The position numbers were made by a program, and so were the translations under genes. The notes beneath the pieces were generated by a model that was given only the letters and a program-made list of their open reading frames with translations, was not told the origin of the DNA and ran no database searches. A stretch of DNA of 64,000 nucleotides from Cyanidioschyzon merolae. Taxonomy: Eukaryota. Shown in pieces: positions 1 to 11,024 of this stretch. The DNA lies in NCBI GenBank assembly GCA_000091205.1, contig AP006484.2. One strand, written 5' to 3'. Positions within the stretch are counted from its first letter, which is position 1. Each line of letters begins with the position of its first letter.

Positions 1-3
1 GTC

Positions 4-552
4 TTGCACTTTATGGTTAAGATGAGAAGTCCTTCGTGTGCGTACCTGGCACTGCCTGCTCCTAACAGCACCCTGCGACATGGGAGCAGGCGGTGCCGCC
101 ACGCTCTCCAGTGTGCACGCCCGCGTCCTGAACGAGCAGCCGTGCTAGGGACTGCGTCAGCGACGCGCTACCGCAGGGAGCATGCGCGTTTCCTTGTCGC
201 TTGTGGGGCGCGCGCTCTAGATACCCCCGATCCTGAGGACGACCTCGGGGGCTTCTCACGGAGCGGAAGCGCTTCCCCAGCCACGGACGCCCATTGCAAG
301 GCAACAGAGCCGGTCAGCGACTCGAAGATCGCTGGTGAGGCTCAGCCTGCACCTGCGGACGCACGCGACACCGCTGAGGTATCAGAGCTGACTGGTGCGA
401 CCGACGCATCCAAGACATCCGAGTGGTCTATTCGTACCCCGAATACAAGAAGAGGGACGAATATCACGAATGCGATGCCCGTTGAGGAGCCGATCAATCT
501 TTCATTCGGTTCATCCGTCATGATACCAGAGCATCAGCATACGAACGGAGAG

Positions 553-584
<32 letters not shown>

Positions 585-2247
585 TGGTGCTGGTGCCAAC
601 GAAACACGCCCTCGGAGCCCAGATCCGTACGAGTGGCCTATCGCGAACTTTCAAGCCTCGAATTTGAGTTGGATTTCAGCGGCAGAAATGACACAATGGA
701 CGCAACAAGAAATGGCTTCCAAGCTCGGGATATCGAATGCGTCCGAGACGCGACCAACAGCAGTCCCGCCTTTACCAAATAGTTGCGATGCGTTTGTTGC
801 CTTTCTCCGGAACTGTTCACCCTACATCTATGCCCATCGAAACAAGACGTTTGTGATTCATATTCCAGGGCAAATGCTCCTCGATCGGGCCCTTTTTGAA
901 TCATTTATGCAGGATGTGGCGCTCATCAAAAGCCTTGGCGTCCGAGTGATCCTCGTAGGCGGCTGTCGTCCGCAGGTAGATCGCGCGCTTGAACGTTACG
1001 GCATTCAGCAGCGCTTCGTTCGCGGTACCCGCATCAGCTCGCCGGAAGTGATGCAGGCTGTTCTCGAAGCGAGCGGGTATGTGCGCTTCTCCATCGAGAG
1101 TGCACTGCAGAGGCGACCCAGCAACAGTGTCTCGCTCCGCACGCCGAACGTGGTATCGGGAAACTTCTTCACTGCTCAACCCGTTGGCGTTGTTGAAGGC
1201 GTCGATTTCGGGTACACCGGAAAAGTCCGGAAAATCGATGTGCAGAAGATCATGAAGCGCCTCGATGAGGATGAGATCGTGATTCTCAGCAACGTTGGAT
1301 TCGCTCCGAGTGGTGCGCTTTTTAATTGTCAGAGCGAGGAAGTGGCTAGCTCGTGTGCATCTCAGCTGCAAGCCGACAAGCTCATCTTTATGACGGACGG
1401 TGAGATGCTCGCTGATTTGCGAACGCGAACGATTATGCACAATGTGCCGCTTCGGGCTGCCATGGAGTTTTTGCAGCTGAATGGGCAAGCGAGTCCGTAC
1501 GACGCGAATGCAAGTGCGACGACGTCAACGTCAACGTCAACGATGACACCAGCAAAGAGCATGACGCAGCAAGTGGATGAACCCCGAGCTTCGCGTCCGA
1601 TGCCAGAGCGCTTTCACGTGTGCCTGCAGGAGAGCGTTCGCGCGCTCCGCGGTGGTGTCACCCGAGCGCACCTGATCAACATGTTCGTAGACGGAGCGAT
1701 CCTTATTGAACTGTACACGAGAGATGGCGTTGGTCTCATGATCAGTCGCGATATCTACGAGGGTATACGAAGCGCGAAAATCTCCGATATTCCCGGTATC
1801 ATGGAACTGATCCGGCCACTACAGGAGGAAGGCATTCTGGTACCGCGCTCACGCGAAGCGCTCGAGGCTGAAATCCATCGCTTTCTCGTTGTGGTTCGTG
1901 ACGGTATGGTGACTGCTTGTGCGGCGCTGGTACCGTACGGCTCTGGTGAGGCAGCAGAGATTGCGTGTTTCGTGGTGAGTCCTCAGTACCGGGGTCGTGG
2001 CAAGGGCGACGCGTTGCTGGGCTTTCTGGAACGCCGAGCACTCTCCCAGGGTATTCGACGAGTTTTTATTCTGAGTGTGCGCGCTTTTCACTGGTTCCTA
2101 GAGCGCGGTTTCCGGGAAGGAACCATTGATGACTTGCCGCCGGAAAAACGCAAAACATATAACTTTCATCGGAGATCCAAGATCTACATCAAAGACCTGA
2201 TCTCACAGCGAGAGGTTGACGAAGAAGAGCTGCTGCGTGGTTTGTAG
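4..2247 (+). CDS. Bifunctional N-acetylglutamate synthase (amino-acid kinase domain + GNAT acetyltransferase domain), ArgA-type. N-terminal ~250 aa is low-complexity (poly-Ala encoded by (CAG)n at 556-590) and may be a targeting or disordered region. The ORF is open to the window start, so the true start may lie upstream.
   Basis: AAK-fold motifs: FVIHIPGQMLLD...LGVRVILVGGCRPQVD...VSGNFFTAQPVGVVEGVDFGYTGKV...VILSNVGFAPSGALFN. C-terminal GNAT: VSPQYRGRGKGDALLGFLE. The order and spacing match plant/bacterial NAGS. Confidence 0.8.
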
Positions 2248-2622
2248 AATGCGATGCGAGCGCCGGTCTAGTGAGCGCCCCGTGTCGATCGGTATCTGCA
2301 AGACGCTTTGTATCGTGCCGATAAGCGCTGCAAAGGCTTGTGGAATAAGCCTGGAGCACCAGGCTTGCTGGAGCCGGAGCAGCGTGCCGGCTGTCGCGAA
2401 GCACCGCAGAAACGATGCAGCAGTACGCAGATGCCAAACGAGAACAAGCGTCATGGTAGCGATTTGTTTCGCGTGAATAATCCCCTGGGATGCTATTCGT
2501 GTTGTCGCTGTCTCGTTGAATCAACAGGTGCTTTCCGGTCGCTCGCGCTCCATTGCCAGAGATGTTCATTGTCCAAGGCGATAAAAATACGCTTCAAACG
2601 TCGCGCATCCAGCCGACACCAA

Positions 2623-4596
2623 CTAGTCGTCACCACGTCTCGTAGCGACGTGATTCTCGAGAGCGCCTCCGTCAGCACCGGGGGAAGGTGCTGGTGATCC
2701 ATCTCCGCGGAGTGCCTCATTCCAGCGCAGCGAGGTCACGTCATCGTTCGTGGCGTACAATACGTCATCCCATGGGTGTCGATACAGAGGCTGCTTCATC
2801 CTCCTCTGATCGATGATGTGCCCAATAATACCGATAGAGCGAGCGAGCACGAAGAGCGCATTGAGCGCGCCGAGCTCAATAACGCTCCTTACTGCGGTTG
2901 TGCAGGCCACGGGATCCATGTTCGGTTGATGGAAGAGGATATCGGAGACGCCTCGCAGGAGGTCTGCAAACAACGCCCCGATACATCCATCGATATTCAG
3001 GACTAAATGCGGCGACTTCTGTAACGTGTATGCTTCGATGGCCTCCGCATAGGTCAGGTACCGCACCGAGGGAAAGTTCTCGCGTGCATACTGCGAAAGC
3101 AGTTGGACTCGTCGGTCGCGACTGGAAGCGGATTTGATCCGATGCCCGATGCCCTCAATACGTCTACCAGATGCTTTCAGGGATTCTACAAACTCGTCGG
3201 GTGGGATGCCTTCGTCGGCTCCGCGCATGAAATTCAGTGCAGCATCATCAATAGCACCACCAAAGCGCGGCCCGATGGTCAGCAAACCCGAGCACAAGCT
3301 CGAAACGACGTCTTTGCCAGCTCGAGCCGTCACAATGGCATTGTGGGCCCCACTCACACACGGCCCGTGATCCGCTGCAATGACCAAGCACATTTCAATG
3401 AATTTTGTGGCCCAGCGAGGAAGACGTCGCTTGAACCACAAAAGCGAAATCACATCGCCAACGCCCAGGTCATCCCGAATAATGGTGCTAATCGGCATGC
3501 CAGCATAGGTGACCTCGTCACCACGATCATCGGAGATGGTGCAGACGATATTGGTGGCCTTGCGTAGTTTTCCACTGCGCAGCGCCTCTGCCATATCCAG
3601 GGGCAACGGTCGCGGATCACGTTCGGGGACAGGTTGTCGCTTCAGCGATGCAAACGTGTCACGAATAGCGGTGGCGAATGACTCGAAGCTCTGCGGGACG
3701 ATGGCACCGGCAGCTTTGAGCGCTGCATTCTTCGCTGATGCTGACTCGCGGTCTTGTTGGCCTGCTCGGGCACCAGCGTGTCCGAACTGGACCTCCGTGC
3801 TTTGGAAGCGCGTAGCGCAGGTTCCGCTTACCCAGGCGACAAGGGGTTTGGTGATGTCGCCCTTGCGTATCGCTTCGGCTACACGGAGCTCATCAACGCC
3901 TCCGAGTTCGCCGAGCATGACGATCATGGCGATCTCCGGAATGCTTTCGAAACGTCGCACATGATCGAGTAGCGTCGAGCCCGGGAACGTATCGCCCCCA
4001 ATGGCGATACCCTCGAAGATGCCATCGGTCTCTCGTGCGAGCACATTATACATCTCGTTTGAGAGCCCCCCCGACTTGGAGACGAACCCTACGGAGCCGG
4101 GACGATGCAGTCGGCAGCGAAGGATATTGTCCAGCGTACCAGCGGTGTCGGCGACTTTGAAGGCCCCAGCTTGAATCGCTCCGACAGTGGCCGGTCCAAT
4201 GATCAGCTTGTTTCGGGCTCCGGCCTCCGCGATGAGCCGTTTCGTCTCTCGTTCGGGAACACCCTCAGCGATAATAACCACCGTCTTGATGGTTGCGGTT
4301 CGGAGTGCTTCCAGCGACGAGTCGAAAGCGGACCGGTACGATGCGAAGTTGATCAGGACGTCTGCCTCAGGGTGCAGACGTGCAGCCTCCGCTAGACTAC
4401 CATATTCGGGAAGCGTGATCTCCCGGTGTCCGAAGAACGCTTTCCGAAAGCCGCCGCTCGTGGCGCCCGGGGTCACCACGGCGGCAACAGACGGCGTCTC
4501 GCGGTAGCACACATAGTCAAAATCGAGCATGTTCTGGATCGGTGCCGGTTTGTAGTTATAGAAAATCGCCTGCGTCTCTCTTGAAAAAAGCGCCAT
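2623..4596 (-). CDS. ATP-citrate lyase, CoA-binding plus citrate-synthase-like subunit (fungal Acl1 / plant ACLB type; the two-subunit form of ACL).
   Basis: 657-aa ORF. N-terminus: MALFSRETQAIFYNY...MLDFDYVCYRETPSVAAVV (ACL CoA-ligase domain). C-terminal citrate-synthase-like domain: GHRIKSASSRDRRVQLL...IDGCIGALFADLL. ATG start at 4596. Convergent with the NAGS gene. Confidence 0.85.
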   Translation of the reverse strand: MALFSRETQAIFYNYKPAPIQNMLDFDYVCYRETPSVAAVVTPGATSGGFRKAFFGHREITLPEYGSLAEAARLHPEADVLINFASYRSAFDSSLEALRTATIKTVVIIAEGVPERETKRLIAEAGARNKLIIGPATVGAIQAGAFKVADTAGTLDNILRCRLHRPGSVGFVSKSGGLSNEMYNVLARETDGIFEGIAIGGDTFPGSTLLDHVRRFESIPEIAMIVMLGELGGVDELRVAEAIRKGDITKPLVAWVSGTCATRFQSTEVQFGHAGARAGQQDRESASAKNAALKAAGAIVPQSFESFATAIRDTFASLKRQPVPERDPRPLPLDMAEALRSGKLRKATNIVCTISDDRGDEVTYAGMPISTIIRDDLGVGDVISLLWFKRRLPRWATKFIEMCLVIAADHGPCVSGAHNAIVTARAGKDVVSSLCSGLLTIGPRFGGAIDDAALNFMRGADEGIPPDEFVESLKASGRRIEGIGHRIKSASSRDRRVQLLSQYARENFPSVRYLTYAEAIEAYTLQKSPHLVLNIDGCIGALFADLLRGVSDILFHQPNMDPVACTTAVRSVIELGALNALFVLARSIGIIGHIIDQRRMKQPLYRHPWDDVLYATNDDVTSLRWNEALRGDGSPAPSPGADGGALENHVATRRGDD

Positions 4597-6889
4597 AGCT
4601 GCACAAGATGGTAACCGTCCTACAGAATAAAGAGAAAGCCAAGGCGATACGTAGGTCGCGAGCGACCGAACGCACCGTGGCCCTGGGCGTATGCGGCGCT
4701 CTGGGTACTGCGGAAGCGGACAAGGGCATCGCTGGGTTACTCGTGTTCCATGGAAGTGGAAGACTGAATTGCTCGCAATGTTCTAGCTTGACGATAGTTT
4801 TTAGACAAGCTGGATTCAGGTTCAAAGTGCAAAGATAAGGGCTTTAAGATGCATAGGTAAGTTTGAGATTCTTGATCGGAGGTTTCGGAGCGAGGCTGCT
4901 GCCTTCGCTTGTTTCCTGTGGAATGCGTTTCGTCGTCGCATTCAAGATGATTCGCAGCACCCTCGAACAAGCGTCCGTGCTGTAGCCGAATTCAGTGTCG
5001 AGTTCATACGTGTATTGCTTCATTCTTCCCCGTTCCTTATGAGACGCATGCCCAACTCCAGCATGTTTCATGTACTCGGTATTTCTGTTTCAAGGCAACT
5101 GGGCGGCAGAGCGATTCGCGCCGCTGGATCGAGAAGCGAGAAGACTCGGTGTCGTGCCTGGGCGACTCGGAAACAAGTTCATACTGAGAGTTCATTGAAC
5201 TTGTCCCGCCAGCGAATAGTTGATTGTGTTCGAAGGACAGAGCCCGGCTCTCTTTTGTGACCACAGTTGAAACAGCAATCTACGGCAGTATGATAGCTCA
5301 CAAGGGATACGTTGCAAGAAGATACCGTCTATTCTTTTTGCATAGAAAAAGGGTCTAGTACTCGGATATTACCATCGGAGAAATCTTTTTCAATGGAGAA
5401 AGCGTTATAACTTTACAAGAAGAGAGCGAGGACGTCTCGAAATCTGTAGACTTGATCGCCAGCCAGCATTTGCCGTACAGAACTTGTTGCATCAGAGACA
5501 CCGCCGCACGCTACAAGTCCCCTGTCGACGGAACAATGAGCGATTGCGTGCCCGGCGGATGGAGTTTTCACCATGGGGATTGCATAGAAGAAGCCCATGA
5601 TCTTGGAGTGCGGCTCAGGGTGCGGAAACAGAGAAGGAAATCGACTGAAGCTTCTTGTACCTGTCAAGCGCATGCGCCAAGCGATGAAGCAAGCGTTCAC
5701 GGACAAGAGCAGGCGCCCTGGGGAAGCGATACCCCAGACGTATGGGCATACGCGACCACAGTCATGTGTCACTGTTGCGAAGCTCGCACCGATGCCATCC
5801 ACAGAGACGATGCGTTTCGTGAGCGATGCGTCGATCGCAACGACCTCCTGTATATGAAACGCGTCCATAACCACAGGACGCATTATCATCTCTATTTGAA
5901 CGCGCTCATCAACATATTTCGAACGCTGACAGCAACACTGAAGCCCGAGAAGAGACCGATTTATTCGAATCCGGCGATAAGAAGGCGGAGAATGAAGCAT
6001 TCGCAGAAGACGCTCGTAAACTCTAGTTTTCACCGAATTGGTACCCGACGCAAACAATGGTCTATGCAAGCGCTCGCTGAACGATCTGCCTGACTTTATT
6101 CTGATGTGACATGAAAAAGAATCCGGCGGTGATCGGACGCACATTGCCTCCACCGGGGGCGCTCCGGCAGCAATCGTCCATGCGGCGCTACCACAGCTCG
6201 CACGACATCCTCAAAAGCCCTCTCCGCATCGATGCCAGGCACCCAAGCGTCCATCCGTAGCCTCCACGTCTGGGAGGATATGGCGCTCATCATTAGAACC
6301 TCATGCCAGTTGACTGAAACGAGGTCCTCTTGGCAACCCAGCACCAGAATTCAAGTGCGTACCCATGAATCAACAGCTGTAGGAGGACACCCGCCGATCC
6401 TGCCCTTCATGACCAGATAACAGGATCGGAGTTTCGTACGCACGTGTTCGTCTGGCGTTCAACACAAAGGTAAGCTCAGTCAACGAATTCGCTTCACACA
6501 AAAGCACACGCTCGCACTTGCACCTACGTCTCCCAATACTGACCTGCCTAGGTGGCCAGGGGCCGCGCTAGCAGGTCCATTGTCGCGGCATCCAATGGAG
6601 TCACGTGCGGCAGCAGATGCCGCTGCCTCCACGATCCCATTGGTATCGACGATGACGTGAACAGAGGACTTGATGCAGCACCGCATTCCCGCTTCAATAT
6701 CGCAAAATAAAGCAGCAAAGATTCCACGACTCCATTGCTTCTACCTGTTTTTGACGGAATCACTTGGTGGACACCAATGGTCTGCCGATCAGGTGGCTCC
6801 CCCGACAGGGACGCGTAGCGCCCATGAGCAACGCCCTGAAAGCGTGCTGCTGATCGCTATCGCCGCCGTTGGCGTCTCGCCCGAGGCAC

Positions 6890-7075
6890 GCTGCTGCGGA
6901 TGCTGCTGCTGCTGCTGCGGATGTGGCTGCTGCTGCTGCGGATGTGGCTGCTGCTGCTGCGGATGTGGCTGCTGCGGATGCTGCGGATGCGGATGCTGCG
7001 GATGTGACTGCTGCTGCGGATGCGGATGTGGCTGCTGCGGATGCTGCGGATGCGGATGCGTTCCCGAGTGCGCGC
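6890..7075. repeat. Tandem repeat, ~21-24 nt unit (GCGGATGTGGCTGCTGCTGCT variants), followed by a short (GTGCA/GTGCT)n stretch at ~7088-7140.
   Basis: Direct reading shows repeated gctgctgctgcggatgtggctgctgctgctgcggatg... units. It yields poly-Ala/Asp or Cys-rich translations in several frames. Coding status unclear. Confidence 0.7.
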
Positions 7076-7197
7076 GTTGCTACGAGTGCACTGCAGTGCT
7101 GTGCTGTGCCGTGCAGTGCAGTGCAGTGCAGTGCTGTGCCTCGGCGTCATGTGTTAAACGGGGGTTCCGCCTCAACCTCGCCTGATCGACCACGGGT

Positions 7198-8097
7198 ATG
7201 TGTGCGCTCGTGGCTGTGGTCGTTTGGCACGAGGGACGAAACCAGAGGCCTCGGGGAGTTCGTGGTGCGTTTGCTTCCGAAAGCGCAGACGCTTCGACGG
7301 CTACAGCGGAGCACACACAAGGCGCTGCCGAACGGGCACCTGATATTGTTGCCGAGACGCTTGCTCCATATGGGGATCCTATAGATCCCGTAGATTTACG
7401 TCGTTTGATACGGATTTTAACCCAGTTTGCGAGGGATATTTCTGCAGGCTCGGTTCGCCGCGCCTTGCTCCTACCAGATGATGCCAGTCGTGAGGAGGCG
7501 CTCTTTCCTCAGCGGCTATCGCATGGTGTGGAAGCAGGTAGCGCTCGGCTGACTTCATCTTGGTCACAAAACGATTCTATCGGGGGAAACCTTTATTCAC
7601 GACGCGGACCGCATCACGTGTCCGCGAAAACGTCCAGCGATCCAGGCACGTCGCACAGCAGTCTCGACACAGGGACTGCTCCCGGTCAGCCGACCTGGAC
7701 TGAGACAGCACTCGACCGGCCCACGGGCACGAAAGAGCGAGAAAAAATGGCGAGGACGACGGCGACGAGGACAGCGGTGCCGTCTGGCGCTACGGCCTAC
7801 CTGGAACCGGGCACACGCGAAGCTTCGGGACGCCCAACCGAGGCTGTCATTCCAAGCACAGGTGAAGCATGCGAGCTCACTAGAGAGCCCGTTGCGGTCA
7901 GTTATCGCGCGCAAGCGAGCTGGCATGTCGTTATACTTGACCAAAATACCCCTGGCGATATGGATCGAAGCCAGCTTGTCGCACAACGTGTCCTGGAGCT
8001 CCTGGCTGACATCCCTGACCCCCATGAATGCGATCCTGAAATGCTACGGTACCACGTTCGAGAAGCAGTGGCTGAGGTGCGGCAATCACTCACGTGA
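7198..8097 (+). CDS. Hypothetical protein (Ser/Thr/Ala-rich, no recognisable domain).
   Basis: 299-aa ORF in GC-rich context. No conserved motif recognised. Could be a chance ORF. Confidence 0.2.
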   Translation: MCALVAVVVWHEGRNQRPRGVRGAFASESADASTATAEHTQGAAERAPDIVAETLAPYGDPIDPVDLRRLIRILTQFARDISAGSVRRALLLPDDASREEALFPQRLSHGVEAGSARLTSSWSQNDSIGGNLYSRRGPHHVSAKTSSDPGTSHSSLDTGTAPGQPTWTETALDRPTGTKEREKMARTTATRTAVPSGATAYLEPGTREASGRPTEAVIPSTGEACELTREPVAVSYRAQASWHVVILDQNTPGDMDRSQLVAQRVLELLADIPDPHECDPEMLRYHVREAVAEVRQSLT

Positions 8098-9072
8098 TTC
8101 AGGGTCAGCGGCAAAGGGAACCTCTGAAATACCACTAGGGCCCCGGGTGCCTGTCAACCAAGAACTCGGTTCTTCGTGCGGCGTACCTGCGGCCTCCACA
8201 CAATGTTTATTCGAGTTTTCCGTTAGAATCGCTGACTTGCCATGTTAAAATAGCGGCCCTGCTGCATATGCAACATGCGTCTCCGCCACTGACGATGACG
8301 AAAGCGCAAGCCCTGCGCTGTTTATTCTGCGGGAAACCGGTCCGCTGATGCGCCGTATCCACTCTCTTCCTATTGCTCCTGATTTCACAGCGACTTGGAC
8401 ATCGCAAGGTATCCAGAGAATCGCGCGCTCCTTGCGCGAAACGAATGCTCCACATGGTCGAATGCGGGTGCATGAAAAGGGCGCTTTTCGCCACTGCGAA
8501 CAGTTGCCCAAAACGCTGGCTTGTTCCCGAGTTTCGAAAGTGCACCAGAGTTGCGCATCCGCGCTACTGGATGTTGTCAGGAGCTTCGCCTCGGCCGTGC
8601 TCGATAGAGAGCACTCTGCCCGTCATTACGTATCTCTTCCAGTCAAGGCGTGAAGAAGACGTCACCACGCCTCGCTCCTCGAAGAAGGCCCAGCGGCTGC
8701 CGCTCCAAACCAGCTACGCACCGCTACCTGTTGCGAACACCTGGATACGAAGCGCAGCACTTCTGTTGCGGCCTTGGTTACAACTATGGCGTCATCCATT
8801 GATCCAAGCACAGTAAAGGAACAGTTTCGGGGAACTCGCCTCAGATACGGACCATGCTGGCTGTGGCTCGTGCGGCCCAGCGAATACCTGAACTTTCGGG
8901 AGCAGTGTGCATGCACCAGGTCGTACAAGAGAAATCCATGATTTTTCGACTACGATGCGCACATAAAATACACACGAAGAGTTGCAAAACATCGTGCTCG
9001 TCGCCTTTCATGACCATCCAGGTGCACGAGCGCTCTATTCACTGGACTCCGACCCGCTCGGCACGTGTACGC

Positions 9073-9378
9073 CTACTTCATGGTCTGGGTTTCCTTCGTC
9101 GCCGCTGCTACGCGCCGCGTCGCTTCTTGCAACAACTCGGTATCAACTTTCTCTACTGGTAGGTGGATGTAGCGGATGCAGGAGCCTCGCACGGTGCAGG
9201 AGCCGTGCAAGAGCTGCAGCACAGGCGGAGCTGCCGCCGTATGAACCTGCACCTGCGCCAAGCGCACGTTCAAGTACTGATCAACAGCCTCTAGACGCCC
9301 TCGAATGCTAAGATCATTTTTAAGCTCCACGGTAATGTCCTCTCCGATGAGCGTCCGCAAAATCGCGGTAAAGAACAT
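9073..9378 (-). CDS. LSM2: U6 snRNA-associated Sm-like protein LSm2 (single exon).
   Basis: MFFTAILRTLIGEDITVELKNDLSIRGRLEAVDQYLNVRL...VRGSCIRYIHLPVEKVDTELLQEA aligns nearly residue-for-residue with human LSm2 (MLFYSFFKSLVGKDVVVELKNDLSICGTLHSVDQYLNIKL...IRGSVVRYVQLPADEVDTQLLQDA). ATG at 9378. Confidence 0.8.
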   Translation of the reverse strand: MFFTAILRTLIGEDITVELKNDLSIRGRLEAVDQYLNVRLAQVQVHTAAAPPVLQLLHGSCTVRGSCIRYIHLPVEKVDTELLQEATRRVAAATKETQTMK

Positions 9379-9767
9379 GGGGTTTCACACACGCACGCTC
9401 GTGCGCACACCAGGAAAACGAGACGCGAGCACGTGACGGCGTTTCGGTTCCACCAAGTCGAGTACCGTCTTATCCTGGTTTACCCCAGCGTCTTCGGTTT
9501 CCCAGTTGATGCCAAGCGGGCAATACCTGGTCACCGCGCCGTACCTGTCGACGCGACTTATACAGTGCGTCGTCGTGTGCAGTGACGGCACACGGACCCC
9601 AGCGTAGCCGCTGGTTCAGTTTCCGGCGTAAAAAGCGCTTCGAGCCGCACCCTCTTGAATCGGGCGTGATGCAGAAGCGATGCACTGCGTCAGTTCAGGT
9701 ACTTTCCGACGTTGCGTACGAACCGTCGCTCGTCAGTGTGCAGAGGAGTTGCCTGGAATATGCGGCA

Positions 9768-10355
9768 CTAGAGCGGCGGCTCAAGCCAGAGCGGCTTTGC
9801 ACATAGCGGGCACCTGTTCGCGTGCTGACTCCAGCGCTTGATACAGGCAGTGTGAAAGGGATGCAGGCAACTGATGAGCAACCAACTTGGCTGATGATCA
9901 TCAAGTCCAGGTGATGCGTGCATCGGTTCAGTGAGCGGTTGGGTTACCTTCAACGACTCGAGGCAGATGACGCAGGTCCACTCGTGAACACCCAGTGCTT
10001 GCGGCGAAGAGGGCAACAGCGGGAAACTGCCGCGGGGGTCTAGGCACGGAGTCGGTTTCGGACCCGCGAATATTGCATATTCTGCAGTTTGTAGGTCCAA
10101 ACTGGTAGTGCGAATCGCCAGACGAGGCGCTGTAAAGTCTGGCGTTTGGTTTCGGAAGGCAGACTGGCGTGATTCAGCTTGTGCGAATTGCCTCCGGTTT
10201 TCGCGTTCGCAGTGGTTTTCCCAGGCTATCGAGAGCCATAGCGTCGTGATCAGTACGTGTAGAAGCATGAAATCTTTCCCGTTGAACAATGAGTGCGGTG
10301 AAAATGACAAGCTCAAGGAGTTATCAGGGCGCCATGTGCACTGTTTACTGGGCAT
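9768..10355 (-). CDS. RING-H2 zinc-finger protein (C-terminal RING); N-terminal extent uncertain.
   Basis: C-terminus: WTCVICLESLKV...CLHPFHTACIKRWSQHANRCPLC = C-x2-C...C-x-H-x2-H-x2-C...C-x2-C RING-H2 spacing. Confidence 0.55.
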   Translation of the reverse strand: MPSKQCTWRPDNSLSLSFSPHSLFNGKDFMLLHVLITTLWLSIAWENHCERENRRQFAQAESRQSAFRNQTPDFTAPRLAIRTTSLDLQTAEYAIFAGPKPTPCLDPRGSFPLLPSSPQALGVHEWTCVICLESLKVTQPLTEPMHASPGLDDHQPSWLLISCLHPFHTACIKRWSQHANRCPLCAKPLWLEPPL

Positions 10356-11024
10356 AGGCGGTGCTTTCGGTTTCGTGATAACAAGCGCGCTTTGCGAAAC
10401 CTCTGTTCAGGTCAGAGCGTATTTCTGTTACGTGCCCTGGGAACGCGAAACCGTTCGGATGGATGATGAAGACTGGAGACGTGCTTTCAGCAGCGTTATT
10501 TACAACGCGGCAGCAGCAGCAGCAGCAGCAATACGTCAAGATCCGTCGGTTCGTTTCGTGTTGAGCTGTGCCGGTGTGGGCGTGCATCGTTTCGTGCGAA
10601 AGTCCGCGCCAGAGGCAGGCATATGTCATGGGGTGACCTAGAATGCCTTTCGTTTCTCTTTTAAAGAGCAAGGTACACGTCTGTACAGGTATGTAGCGGC
10701 GGGCACTCTAGTGCTAAGCTCTTGGAACTGTTCGTCAAGCTGTCATAGGGCCTGGTCGGTCTTTCGCTTGGTGCTCCTCTCGTATTGCTAGCGCATTTGG
10801 GAAAGATTCCGCAGAAACGTAGAAAATCTCTAGGTTTCGTTGTCCTTCTCATAAGGTAAATTTTTGCTTGGTCGGGAAATTGGGACCAGATCGGTATCGC
10901 GAATTCATGGAGGCATGGTCGCAACGTGGCTCCGGGTCGCGGACGAGCAAGGCTCTAGAGTTTTACTCATCGGACACTTCGATCCGACGGATTACAGTGC
11001 GCTTCGAATGCGCCTTTCGTAGTT

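Noticed and set aside
901-1488. 195-aa antisense ORF within the NAGS gene (and similar antisense ORFs inside ACL-B, e.g. 3103-3567, 3509-3964)
   Set aside because: Embedded in strongly conserved sense-strand coding sequence. GC-rich antisense frames are commonly open by chance.
5413-6153. Overlapping 246-aa (-) and 213-aa (+) ORFs in the ACL-B upstream region
   Set aside because: Mutually overlapping on opposite strands, no recognisable domains, atypical composition. Most likely chance ORFs in a promoter/spacer region.
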